This document shows, piece by piece, positions 8,811 through 15,737 of a stretch of DNA of 22,211 bases. Position 1 is the first letter of the stretch, and each line of letters starts with the position of its first letter. The notes beneath the pieces are model-generated. The model was not told the origin of the DNA. It did no database searches and saw only the letters and a list, made by a program, of their open reading frames with translations. The position numbers and the translations under genes are program-made. Source of the stretch: a virus; IMG/VR virus record IMGVR_UViG_3300014638_000001; one strand, written 5' to 3'.

Positions 8811-9091
8811 GCGGGCCGCGGCCAGGGGATGTGGTGGCGTACTGCCGGCATGCACACCTCGAGGCTGGGGAGTCGAGCGCGCGGTGGTTAAGCAGAGAGT
8901 GGCACTGGTACTCGGGGCCGGTCGGCGGGCGCCCGATCGGGGAAGCGCGGAACGGCCGGAAGAAGGTGCAGTTCCAGTGGGCGTGTATTTGCGCAGCGTG
9001 TCATCTGATCAACCCGAAGAATCCACAGCCGGCGCTGGCGCAGCACGCGGCCTGGGAAGGCCCGGAAATTGAGATCGACGGCGTGCATTGA
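8807..9091 (+). CDS. hypothetical protein
   Basis: ATGA coupling. Confidence 0.65.
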   Translation: MSGPRPGDVVAYCRHAHLEAGESSARWLSREWHWYSGPVGGRPIGEARNGRKKVQFQWACICAACHLINPKNPQPALAQHAAWEGPEIEIDGVH

Positions 9092-9100
9092 AATTAGTAG

Positions 9101-9128
9101 TTGACAAAAACGCAAGTGAAAGTAGAAT
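9101..9128 (+). promoter_or_regulatory. sigma70 promoter TTGACA-16-TAGAAT
   Basis: Near-consensus boxes in the intergenic gap; AAACGCAAGTG motif in the spacer. Confidence 0.7.
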
Positions 9129-9140
9129 TGGGATTCCACT

Positions 9141-9326
9141 ATGACCACGACGGAGCTGATTCACCGGTTGATCATAGCCCGGCGGTACTATAACGAGGGC
9201 TGGACCTGGTACGATCTACAGTGTCAGATGGAAGAGATTTTCGACGGGTTGGGGCCGGAGGAAGAAAACCGGGAAAAACCGGATCTGCCGATCGCGCAAA
9301 GCTATCGGCTGGACATGGGGGAGTGA
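9141..9326 (+). CDS. hypothetical protein
   Basis: Follows the promoter; coupled to the next gene. Confidence 0.65.
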   Translation: MTTTELIHRLIIARRYYNEGWTWYDLQCQMEEIFDGLGPEEENREKPDLPIAQSYRLDMGE

Positions 9327-9730
9327 TGACACAGAAACTACCAGATCCACACTTCGTAGCAGTCGACAGACAAACCGGCGAGCCAGGAGACACGGCTGTT
9401 CTTGAAGAGCAGGGTATCGCCTACGATCCAACCAAGATGACGGTCGACCTCACAAAGGAAGAGAAGCGGCGCACGACCGCACTGATGTTGGCGATCAACG
9501 CTTACGACCACCTGATCATCAAAGACGCGGAGATGTATAACGCGATTAGCCGTGACGCGGATCGTAAGGGCGGCCCAGTCATTCGGCCGGCGACAATGAT
9601 CGCGATGGTCGAAGCTGCGATACAGTTCGACGCGTTCATTTCCGGCGCGCTCCAGGCGGTCGCCGCGAAGGCCCCGACGGAGCCCGAGCAGGATTCTTCC
9701 CAGTCCGGGGAGAATGGTCCAGGGGAATAA
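9326..9730 (+). CDS. hypothetical protein (MTQKLPDPHF...)
   Basis: TGATG coupling; GGGGAG SD. Confidence 0.75.
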   Translation: MTQKLPDPHFVAVDRQTGEPGDTAVLEEQGIAYDPTKMTVDLTKEEKRRTTALMLAINAYDHLIIKDAEMYNAISRDADRKGGPVIRPATMIAMVEAAIQFDAFISGALQAVAAKAPTEPEQDSSQSGENGPGE

Positions 9731-9776
9731 ATCTCGGGGGAGGTGATTCCCCTGGGCCAAATTTCAGGAGATAGAC

Positions 9777-10007
9777 ATGGCAAAGGCGAACTTGGATATC
9801 GAAGCGCGCCGCGAGAAGATTCTGTTTGTCGCGGCGGTAGTGACGCCCGGCCTGTTGCAGGCGAATGGCATGCAGCCAATGGATTACCAGGCGCACCTGT
9901 CGGTTGAGTTGGCGCTGGCGATCGAGCAGGAAGTGCAGAAACAGCTCCCGGTTCCCGCTGAGGATCCTGCCGTGACGGTAGCTGCCGATGCCGATACCGC
10001 CAAGTGA
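9777..10007 (+). CDS. hypothetical protein
   Basis: AGGAG SD. Confidence 0.7.
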   Translation: MAKANLDIEARREKILFVAAVVTPGLLQANGMQPMDYQAHLSVELALAIEQEVQKQLPVPAEDPAVTVAADADTAK

Positions 10008-10347
10008 GGATCTGATCGATGAAGCGCGCGACCTCGCGAACCGGCTTGGCATCCGGATCTTACCCGACGGCGCGATCGGCGTCTGGAGCGAAGACAAAGA
10101 TTCGAAACAGCTCCAGACCGTGCTCGATGTGCTGGGTCTGGCGGGCCAGCCTGTACTGATGCTCGATGGCCCCGGTGTGCCTGATCGCTTCAAGCTTCGC
10201 CGCGGCAAAGATCGTCCCGGAATGCCTTTTAAGCAATGGCGAGCGGAGCGGCTGAATCGCTTGTTTGAAAAGGAGGGGCGAAGTGGCGAACCGGCGCATC
10301 TTACAGCGAAGACCCTTGCACACGGTTTGGTGGAGCGCGAGGATTAA
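9988..10347 (+). CDS. hypothetical protein
   Basis: 119-aa ORF coupled to the next gene. Confidence 0.7.
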   Translation: MPIPPSEDLIDEARDLANRLGIRILPDGAIGVWSEDKDSKQLQTVLDVLGLAGQPVLMLDGPGVPDRFKLRRGKDRPGMPFKQWRAERLNRLFEKEGRSGEPAHLTAKTLAHGLVERED

Positions 10348-10643
10348 TGCTATTCTACTTAGCTTTTGCCACTGCGACGATGTCTTTTACGATCTCGCGC
10401 AGCTCGATGCCGGTATTCGAGTCCGTGCGCATGTGGGCCGGTAAGAAGAGCCCCTTCTGGCGAGAACTCTTGTGCTGCCCGTACTGTTGCTCGCACTGGG
10501 TCGCCGCGGCGATCTGTCTGGTCTATCGGCCGCTGTTTGTGCACTCCGGCATCGCGCCGGTGGACTACTTCGTTTCCTGGCTGGCGCTCGTCGGCGCCTC
10601 GATGGTGCCGATCTATTTGTTAATGTTTATCGGGAGGAACTGA
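10347..10643 (+). CDS. DUF1360-like membrane protein
   Basis: Hydrophobic, with FESVR and ELLCCPYCCSHWVA (CPxC.S.W) motifs. Confidence 0.75.
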   Translation: MLFYLAFATATMSFTISRSSMPVFESVRMWAGKKSPFWRELLCCPYCCSHWVAAAICLVYRPLFVHSGIAPVDYFVSWLALVGASMVPIYLLMFIGRN

Positions 10644-10934
10644 ATGGCCGAACGTTTATTTGCTGGGATGACTATTAAAGCCTACTTCGCTCACATGGTC
10701 CAAGTGATCTGGCTGGCTAATCAGTTTAAGAATGTGCCGCTTGACAAGATACTAGCTGCCACCAAAGAGATCATCGATTGTCCGGTACTGGATTGGAATC
10801 CAGGCTTGGAAGATTCGGAAAAGGCGGTCCTGGATTTAATCGAAACTGCGGTTAAGCTCAGGGCCACTGTGGAGACATTATCCGCGAATGGCTTCAGACT
10901 CATAGCGAAAGCGGAATCGGCACAGAATAATTAG
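10644..10934 (+). CDS. hypothetical protein
   Basis: GGAGGA SD; abuts the upstream stop. Confidence 0.7.
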   Translation: MAERLFAGMTIKAYFAHMVQVIWLANQFKNVPLDKILAATKEIIDCPVLDWNPGLEDSEKAVLDLIETAVKLRATVETLSANGFRLIAKAESAQNN

Positions 10935-10939
10935 AGAGC

Positions 10940-10955
10940 ACTCCTATATGGGAGT
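10940..10955. repeat. 16-bp palindrome ACTCCTATATGGGAGT (copy 2 of 4)
   Basis: One mismatch from a perfect palindrome; intergenic. Confidence 0.85.
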
Positions 10956-11038
10956 AACATGACACGGGTTCAAACGGTCAATAGTCATATATATAATTTG
11001 GAAAGACAAAGTGCCCTGCATGGGCACGCCGGAGTTCG

Positions 11039-11227
11039 ATGAACGACTCGTCGCCAGAGCTGAATAAGCTGCCGATTATTGAAGACAAGTACCTGCCGCC
11101 GCAGACGATGTACCTCATCACCCGTGCGCAGCAGCCAGACGAGTCTTTCGAGGAGTGGGTCAAACGAGCTGTGTGTGTGGTGACGAACGTTCGCATGCCG
11201 AACAGACCGCCATGGAACGGGAAATGA
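11039..11227 (+). CDS. hypothetical protein
   Basis: GGAG SD; TATAAT at 10992 upstream. Confidence 0.6.
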   Translation: MNDSSPELNKLPIIEDKYLPPQTMYLITRAQQPDESFEEWVKRAVCVVTNVRMPNRPPWNGK

Positions 11228-11235
11228 GGAGATTA

Positions 11236-11430
11236 ATGGATGACTATTTGGCTAAGGCTGATGTTTGGAAAGTTCTCGATTTGATTGTTGCTGAATTCGA
11301 GTCAGATCCAATGTCGGTGCAGTGCTTTGACGTGAGGCTTGTCAAGCGAGCGATTGAACTTAATCGTGAGCACAAGACTGGTAGCCCCGAAGGGAGTCGA
11401 ACCCTTACGCCCGAAGGCCACGGCTTTTGA
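11236..11430 (+). CDS. hypothetical protein (MDDYLAKADVWKVLDLIVAEFESDP...); 3' end antisense to tRNA-Leu
   Basis: GAGGAG SD before ATG 11236. Confidence 0.6.
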   Translation: MDDYLAKADVWKVLDLIVAEFESDPMSVQCFDVRLVKRAIELNREHKTGSPEGSRTLTPEGHGF

Positions 11431-11462
11431 AACCGGCGCGTCTGCCATTCCGCCACGGGGCT
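11379..11462 (-). tRNA. tRNA-Leu(CAA)
   Basis: Cloverleaf; loop TT-CAA-AA; long variable arm; A73; CCA. Confidence 0.92.
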
Positions 11463-11467
11463 AAGTC

Positions 11468-11557
11468 TGGTGGGCAGCGAGGGATTCGAACCCCCAGCGT
11501 CTCCGAAGAGATCCAGTTCTACAGACTGGCGCAGTCAACCGTATCTGCATGCTGCCC
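11468..11557 (-). tRNA. tRNA-Tyr(GTA)
   Basis: CCAGT-CTGTAGA-ACTGG anticodon arm; long variable arm; CCA. Confidence 0.9.
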
Positions 11558-11565
11558 AAGCTTGT

Positions 11566-11658
11566 TGGCGGTGAGGGTGGGATTCGAACCCACATGGCCG
11601 GCTCTTCGCCAGTCCGGCAGTTTAGCAAACTGCTCCAATACCGTTATGGGACCTCACC
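11566..11658 (-). tRNA. tRNA-Ser(GCT)
   Basis: GCAGT-TTGCTAA-ACTGC; long variable arm; G73; CCA. Confidence 0.92.
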
Positions 11659-11692
11659 GCAAGGTGTGACTAATCAGCCACACCACATTCTC

Positions 11693-11705
11693 ATTTCAAA
11701 GAACT
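11693..11705 (-). promoter_or_regulatory. boxA-like antitermination element AGTTCTTTGAAAT
   Basis: Resembles rrn boxA (GYTCTTTAANA); same motif at 12561 and 20105. Confidence 0.6.
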
Positions 11706-11752
11706 TAACTAGCCATTCCGGGACACATTCCAGGAATTTCTAGTTTGAAACT

Positions 11753-11830
11753 TGGAACGCGGGGTGGGACTCGAACCCACGCATATTCTCCCTTCGGAGG
11801 GGAGCGCCTAATCCTCTCGGCCACCCGCGC
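11753..11830 (-). tRNA. tRNA-Arg(CCG)
   Basis: CTCCC-CTCCGAA-GGGAG; GGA in the D-loop; CCA. Confidence 0.92.
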
Positions 11831-11831
11831 T

Positions 11832-11907
11832 TGGAACCCGCCGCCGGAATCGAACCGGCCTGATCCACTACGGCTACCGGTTTAGGAAACCGGACCGGTA
11901 GGCGGGC
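11832..11907 (-). tRNA. non-canonical tRNA-Arg(CCT): no D-arm, D-loop-like segment 3' of the anticodon arm
   Basis: GCCCGCC-TACCGGT-CCGGT-TTCCTAA-ACCGG-TAGCCGTAGTGGATCAG-GCCGG-TTCGATT-CCGGC-GGCGGGT-TCCA. Confidence 0.8.
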
Positions 11908-11910
11908 TCA

Positions 11911-11986
11911 TGGTGCTCCCGGCGAGACTCGAACTCGCATGTCCATTTACAGTTACCGGTTTAGAAGACCGGGCTGGTACGGGAGC
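11911..11986 (-). tRNA. non-canonical tRNA-Arg(TCT): no D-arm, D-loop-like segment 3' of the anticodon arm
   Basis: GCTCCCG-TACCAGC-CCGGT-CTTCTAA-ACCGG-TAACTGTAAATGGACAT-GCGAG-TTCGAGT-CTCGC-CGGGAGC-ACCA. Confidence 0.8.
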
Positions 11987-12360
11987 GAACTCTTGCTTCT
12001 TTTCATTCCTTTTCGGCGTGTCTCCCGGTGGAGCGCTTCGCTTTTCCATGCTCTGCAAATTGCGCATCTACAGCCTGCCGCATACCTCGCGCCGCCGTGC
12101 CTCATTTTTGGAACGTTATGACGTTTCTTGTGACATCGATGGCAACGCACTTCACATTTCAGTAACTCAGCGTCTCGCCTGTGCTTGGACCAACTCCAGA
12201 TCCGATGATCTACTTTTTGAGATGGCTCCATGTGATCAAGTTCAAGATTTTCAGTGCTCGAACAATCCTTGCAACGCTTACCGGCGAACCATTCTCTACG
12301 TCTACGAGCCATCCACTCACGTTGATATTCTGCCTGCAGTTCCGGGGTAGCCATCGGCAT
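11953..12360 (-). CDS. HNH endonuclease inside the tRNA array
   Basis: CKDC....NLELDH..P..K...I......ELLKCEVRCHRCHKKRH, then HG...Y..GCRC..C; TGaTATCAT -10 is 6 nt before the ATG. Confidence 0.85.
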   Translation of the reverse strand: MPMATPELQAEYQREWMARRRREWFAGKRCKDCSSTENLELDHMEPSQKVDHRIWSWSKHRRDAELLKCEVRCHRCHKKRHNVPKMRHGGARYAAGCRCAICRAWKSEALHRETRRKGMKRSKSSLPYQPGLLNR

Positions 12361-12384
12361 GGAGGAATGATATCACATGAACTT

Positions 12385-12474
12385 TGGCAGAGGGGGTGGG
12401 ATTTGAACCCACGACACCAGGAGGTGTGGCAGTTTTCGGGACTGCTGGCATAAACCGGACTCGCCCACCCCTCT
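12385..12474 (-). tRNA. tRNA-Ser(CGA), C33
   Basis: GCAGT-CCCGAAA-ACTGC; long variable arm; G73; CCA. Confidence 0.88.
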
Positions 12475-12475
12475 G

Positions 12476-12549
12476 TGGAGCACCGGGCCAGAGTCGAACT
12501 GGCCACCGCGGAGTTGCGGTCCGCTGGCTTGCCGATTGCCTTCCGGTGC
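12476..12549 (-). tRNA. tRNA-Cys(GCA), C33
   Basis: GCGGA-CCGCAAC-TCCGC; U73 (Cys identity); CCA. Confidence 0.85.
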
Positions 12550-12560
12550 ATTGAATTCAC

Positions 12561-12573
12561 TTGTCAAAGAACT
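12561..12573 (-). promoter_or_regulatory. boxA-like element AGTTCTTTGACAA
   Basis: Lies in the spacer between tRNA-Leu and tRNA-Cys. Confidence 0.6.
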
Positions 12574-12574
12574 T

Positions 12575-12657
12575 TGGTGGCCCGCCAGGGAGTCGAACCC
12601 TGACCCCGGAGGACTGGTTCCTAAGACCAGCGCGTCTGCCAATTCCGCCAACGGGCC
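12575..12657 (-). tRNA. tRNA-Leu(TAG)
   Basis: CTGGT-CTTAGGA-ACCAG; Leu-type D-loop; CCA. Confidence 0.93.
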
Positions 12658-12753
12658 TAGATTTTACAGGGAATACGAACACAAGCAGAGCGATGACCTG
12701 AGTGCTCTACTTAACAGGCGGGGCCGAAGGATGGTTGCCATGGAATAGATGTT

Positions 12754-12769
12754 ACTCCTATATAGGAGT
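12754..12769. repeat. 16-bp palindrome ACTCCTATATAGGAGT (copy 3 of 4)
   Basis: Perfect palindrome. Confidence 0.85.
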
Positions 12770-13105
12770 GTCGGTCAAGGAAGAAAGTTTGAAGCCGCTA
12801 CGCTCATTGGGTACCATGATGTTGCTGGCCGCAATGATCTGTGGTGAGTGCCCACAGTAAGTGCAATGGCACCCGTGATATACCAAGCAGCCAGGACGAT
12901 TCTCTGGACATGGTATGTCTTCGAGCGTTGGGTTTCTACAGACTGGGCAGACGTTCCGCGGGATGTCCAGGATCTTAATGCTCTCCGCGCGATAGGCGAT
13001 TTCGGTACCGAATTGTCGCATTTGTAGGTAAGCTGCGTCGTCGTCGAAGGCCATGATGGCGACCCGCATACCGTCTAGCACGTAGAAGAAAAGGCGCTCT
13101 CTCAT
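12758..13105 (-). CDS. Cys/His-rich hypothetical protein (CPVC...CP...GC.V.H.CHCTYC) within the tRNA array
   Basis: ORF from ATG 13105; the upstream part of the track ORF overlaps a structured RNA. Confidence 0.55.
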   Translation of the reverse strand: MRERLFFYVLDGMRVAIMAFDDDAAYLQMRQFGTEIAYRAESIKILDIPRNVCPVCRNPTLEDIPCPENRPGCLVYHGCHCTYCGHSPQIIAASNIMVPNERSGFKLSSLTDTPI

Positions 13106-13113
13106 GAGTTGAA

Positions 13114-13273
13114 TCGCCGGCGGCCGAGATTCCCGATTCTCCACTCGGCATCTCCTGGTGGCTGGATTTCCACGTCCAGCTTCTAGCCTCATCCGGCATC
13201 AAGCTCCAGGCGCACTATTTTGTTTATCGTCTCTATGGAAGGAGCAATCCTTCAGTTTGTGCTACGCCGGCGA
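13114..13273 (-). ncRNA. expanded tRNA-shaped RNA (about 160 nt, no CCA)
   Basis: Acceptor TCGCCGGCG/CGCCGGCGA, D stem GCAC/GTGC, anticodon stem CCTGG/CCAGG, T stem GCCGAG/CTCGGC; all three loops enlarged. Confidence 0.65.
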
Positions 13274-13277
13274 ACTT

Positions 13278-13351
13278 TGGTGGAAGCGAAGGGAATCGAA
13301 CCCTCATCGGCTGGGTGCAGACCAGCAGTCCTCCCGTTGAACGACGCCCCC
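13278..13351 (-). tRNA. tRNA-Ala(TGC), C33
   Basis: G3:U70; A73; loop TCTGCAC; CCA. Confidence 0.88.
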
Positions 13352-13358
13352 ACGAACT

Positions 13359-13433
13359 TGGCAGCCGGTGCTGGACTCGAACCAACGTGACGACGTTCAG
13401 AGCGTCGCATCCTTGCCACTGAATGAACCGGCC
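13359..13433 (-). tRNA. tRNA-Gln(CTG)
   Basis: CGACG-CTCTGAA-CGTCG; G73; CCA. Confidence 0.9.
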
Positions 13434-13434
13434 G

Positions 13435-13508
13435 TGGCTCCAAGGGAGGGAGTCGAACCCCCATAGCGCGGTTAACAGCCGCGTGCTCTACCGTTGAGCT
13501 ACCAAGGA
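13435..13508 (-). tRNA. tRNA-Asn(GTT), two U-U mismatches in the acceptor stem
   Basis: CGCGG-CTGTTAA-CCGCG; G73; CCA. Confidence 0.88.
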
Positions 13509-13522
13509 ACAAACAAAACTTT

Positions 13523-13597
13523 TGGTACCCCGCTCCGGATTTGAACCGGAATTCACAGCTTCGTAGACTGTAGTCCTGTCCGTTGAACGAACGGGGC
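13523..13597 (-). tRNA. tRNA-Arg(ACG)
   Basis: ACAGT-CTACGAA-GCTGT; A20; CCA. Confidence 0.92.
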
Positions 13598-13621
13598 GCT
13601 AACCAAATACTACCAGAACTT

Positions 13622-13699
13622 TGGGGTGGGTGGCCGGTGTCGATCCGGTCGCTGAGAGGTTCACAGCCTCCCGTGCAGAGCCGCTACACTACACCCACC
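13622..13699 (-). tRNA. tRNA-His(GTG)
   Basis: G-1:C73 pair; loop CTGTGAA; atypical T-loop ATCGACA; CCA. Confidence 0.88.
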
Positions 13700-13702
13700 G
13701 TG

Positions 13703-13930
13703 TCAAACCTTTCCCTTCAACGCGATCGCCGCGTTCGCCGTCATCACGGTTTCCCGGAGTAGCCGCATCGCTGCAAATTGATCAGCGCATAACGGCGTTT
13801 CCTCCGCCAGCACCTTCGCAAACTCCTTCGCAGCGGCGCGCAGGCGCTCGTATTTCCCTCGCTGTTCTTCGTCTGGCGCGTGGTACGTGAAGACGTCTTC
13901 GATCCATTCTGCTGTCATCGGTTGTGCCAT
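13703..13930 (-). CDS. Acb2/Tad1-like helical hairpin protein (putative cyclic-nucleotide sponge)
   Basis: FTYHAP..EQ..KYE.LR.AAKEFA......P..AD...AMR.LRE.VM.ANAAIA pattern; TGgTACGAT -10 is 6 nt before ATG 13930. Confidence 0.7.
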   Translation of the reverse strand: MAQPMTAEWIEDVFTYHAPDEEQRGKYERLRAAAKEFAKVLAEETPLCADQFAAMRLLRETVMTANAAIALKGKV

Positions 13931-14046
13931 ACCAGGATCGTACCACAACTTCTGCGATTTTGCTTGCGTTTTCCGTTACACCCTGATAATCTGTTGACTT
14001 AAATTCGGAGGCGAAATGGTTATCGACTCCCATGAGGCGGGACGCG

Positions 14047-14280
14047 ATGAACGGCATCTTCGATAAAGAGTCGATCGACAAGGCGGCGCGCGCGGCGCTG
14101 AATCCGTTCATCGAGGAGATCTCGCCCGAGACTTACGCGAAGATGGTCGAGAGCGTGAGCGCGGCAATTCGCCACCGCGAAAAGCTCGTTCTCGATGAGG
14201 TTTCTGTTCGAATCGCTGCCATGGATTACGAATTCACGCAAACAGTGAAAGCGGTTGATGCCGACATTTCAGGAAAGTAG
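14047..14280 (+). CDS. hypothetical protein
   Basis: GAGG SD; first gene of the divergent rightward run. Confidence 0.7.
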   Translation: MNGIFDKESIDKAARAALNPFIEEISPETYAKMVESVSAAIRHREKLVLDEVSVRIAAMDYEFTQTVKAVDADISGK

Positions 14281-14291
14281 GAGGAGAATCG

Positions 14292-14570
14292 ATGTCACAA
14301 ACTTTCAGCCAGATCATGGCGACCGAGCGCGAGCCCGGTCAGCACCTCATGGCGACAATGAACTCGTCTGGCGACCTAAAGACGATGTGGAACTCGGACA
14401 AAACAGCCGAGGTTGAGGTCGCCCGCGCACAGTTCCAGAGCATGAAAGCCAAAGGCTACATGGCCTACCGCGTCAACCGCAAGGGTGACAAAGGCGAGGT
14501 GATGGACAAGTTCGATCCGGAGGCCGAGACTGTCATCCTCGCCCCGCCGCTTCAGGGTGGGAGTCGGTAG
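14292..14570 (+). CDS. small protein ending ...LAPPLQGG-SR (possible ubiquitin-like protein)
   Basis: AGGAGGAG SD; near-terminal GG. Confidence 0.75.
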   Translation: MSQTFSQIMATEREPGQHLMATMNSSGDLKTMWNSDKTAEVEVARAQFQSMKAKGYMAYRVNRKGDKGEVMDKFDPEAETVILAPPLQGGSR

Positions 14571-15325
14571 TGGCTGGTCTTGGGAGTTGCCTTGGGTCGC
14601 TGCTTGGGATGTCTAACGGGCCTTACACCTGTGGCGTCGATCCCAGTGGTTCGCAGCCATACACCTCTGTCACATCCGGCTGTATTTCGAACAACTACGT
14701 GTACTACAATGTCGCGGTCTCTTACAGCACCGCCACGGCCAGCTACGTCACTGTGCCGGCGGCTGTATGGGGAAACTGGGTAAATGACTATTACGTCATG
14801 ACGAGCGACGGTATCTGGCAATCTTGGGCACAAGGGATGGGAAGTGGCGCGCAGGGCACACAGGCGGCTGGCGCCGGGCAAGCCCAGCAACAACAAGCAG
14901 CGTGGAATCAGATGGCCATCCGTCCTTACCGAGCTGCCGAAGCCACCCGTTTGGCACAAGAAGCTGCAGCACAGCAACAAGAGAGGTGGCGCCAAGTTGA
15001 GGAAACAAAGAAGATTGCGGTAACCGCTGAATCCACGGCTGAAAAGCTTCTGGCCGAGCACTTGGACGACAAGCAACTCGAGCAGTTCCGCAACCATCGG
15101 TACTTCGAAGTCATTCGCGACGCCGGCAAGCGTGTCTACCGGATCAAGCACGGTTGGGCTGGGAATATTGAAGTGTTCGAAGGCGGCCGGTTGGTCGAGA
15201 CCATGTGCATCCACCCATCGGCACAGGTGCCATTTTCGGACAATCTACTCGCGCAGAAATTACTCCTCGAAGCGGATGAGCAGCGCTTCCGGCGGATCGC
15301 GAACATTACGAGGCGTGCGGCCTGA
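14570..15325 (+). CDS. hypothetical protein with a low-complexity N-terminal half and a globular C-terminal domain (YRI..G...N...MCIHP...P..D.LLAQKLLLE.DE..F..IAN)
   Basis: Coupled on both sides; exact start uncertain. Confidence 0.75.
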   Translation: MAGLGSCLGSLLGMSNGPYTCGVDPSGSQPYTSVTSGCISNNYVYYNVAVSYSTATASYVTVPAAVWGNWVNDYYVMTSDGIWQSWAQGMGSGAQGTQAAGAGQAQQQQAAWNQMAIRPYRAAEATRLAQEAAAQQQERWRQVEETKKIAVTAESTAEKLLAEHLDDKQLEQFRNHRYFEVIRDAGKRVYRIKHGWAGNIEVFEGGRLVETMCIHPSAQVPFSDNLLAQKLLLEADEQRFRRIANITRRAA

Positions 15326-15525
15326 TGCATACAGCTCCGATACCAGAAAGCGCCGGCGAATTTACGGGCGGCTGGCGTAAGAGTACTTATCCGTGCCGAT
15401 ATTGCGGTGACGCCGAGCATCATCGTTGGCTCTTGTGGGAATCGGAAGATGGCGCGTACGAAGACGAGAAACACGAATGCACCAAGTGCGGTAAGGTTTG
15501 GTGGATAGACGGGATTGATTCCTGA
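15325..15525 (+). CDS. small Zn-ribbon protein (CRYC...CTKC)
   Basis: TGATG coupling. Confidence 0.7.
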   Translation: MHTAPIPESAGEFTGGWRKSTYPCRYCGDAEHHRWLLWESEDGAYEDEKHECTKCGKVWWIDGIDS

Positions 15526-15737
15526 TGCACTGGGCGGAAGGATCGGTCTCCTGCACACTGTATGACGGGGACAGGTTGTTGGGTTACGCCATGCGGTACA
15601 ACTGCTGCAGGTGGGTGATTTATGACCGGTCGGCTTTCCCAGCCGACCGGGGTGGTTTCGGTCAGCTTCTTCCGGGCCAGTACGCTGGACAGAAGGAAGC
15701 TCAGGACGCGCTCGAAGAGCACTTCAAAAACAAATGA
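15525..15737 (+). CDS. hypothetical protein
   Basis: Coupled on both sides. Confidence 0.65.
   Translation: MHWAEGSVSCTLYDGDRLLGYAMRYNCCRWVIYDRSAFPADRGGFGQLLPGQYAGQKEAQDALEEHFKNK

Noticed and set aside
12665-12742. 25-codon minus-strand ORF (MATILRPRLLSRALRSSLCLCSYSL) before tRNA-Leu(TAG)
   Set aside because: The SD is poorly spaced and is part of the palindrome; no other support
11244-13890. Many 60-146 aa track ORFs overlapping the tRNA array (e.g. 11427-11669, 11910-12350, 13252-13512)
   Set aside because: They are read-throughs or antisense frames of tRNA genes
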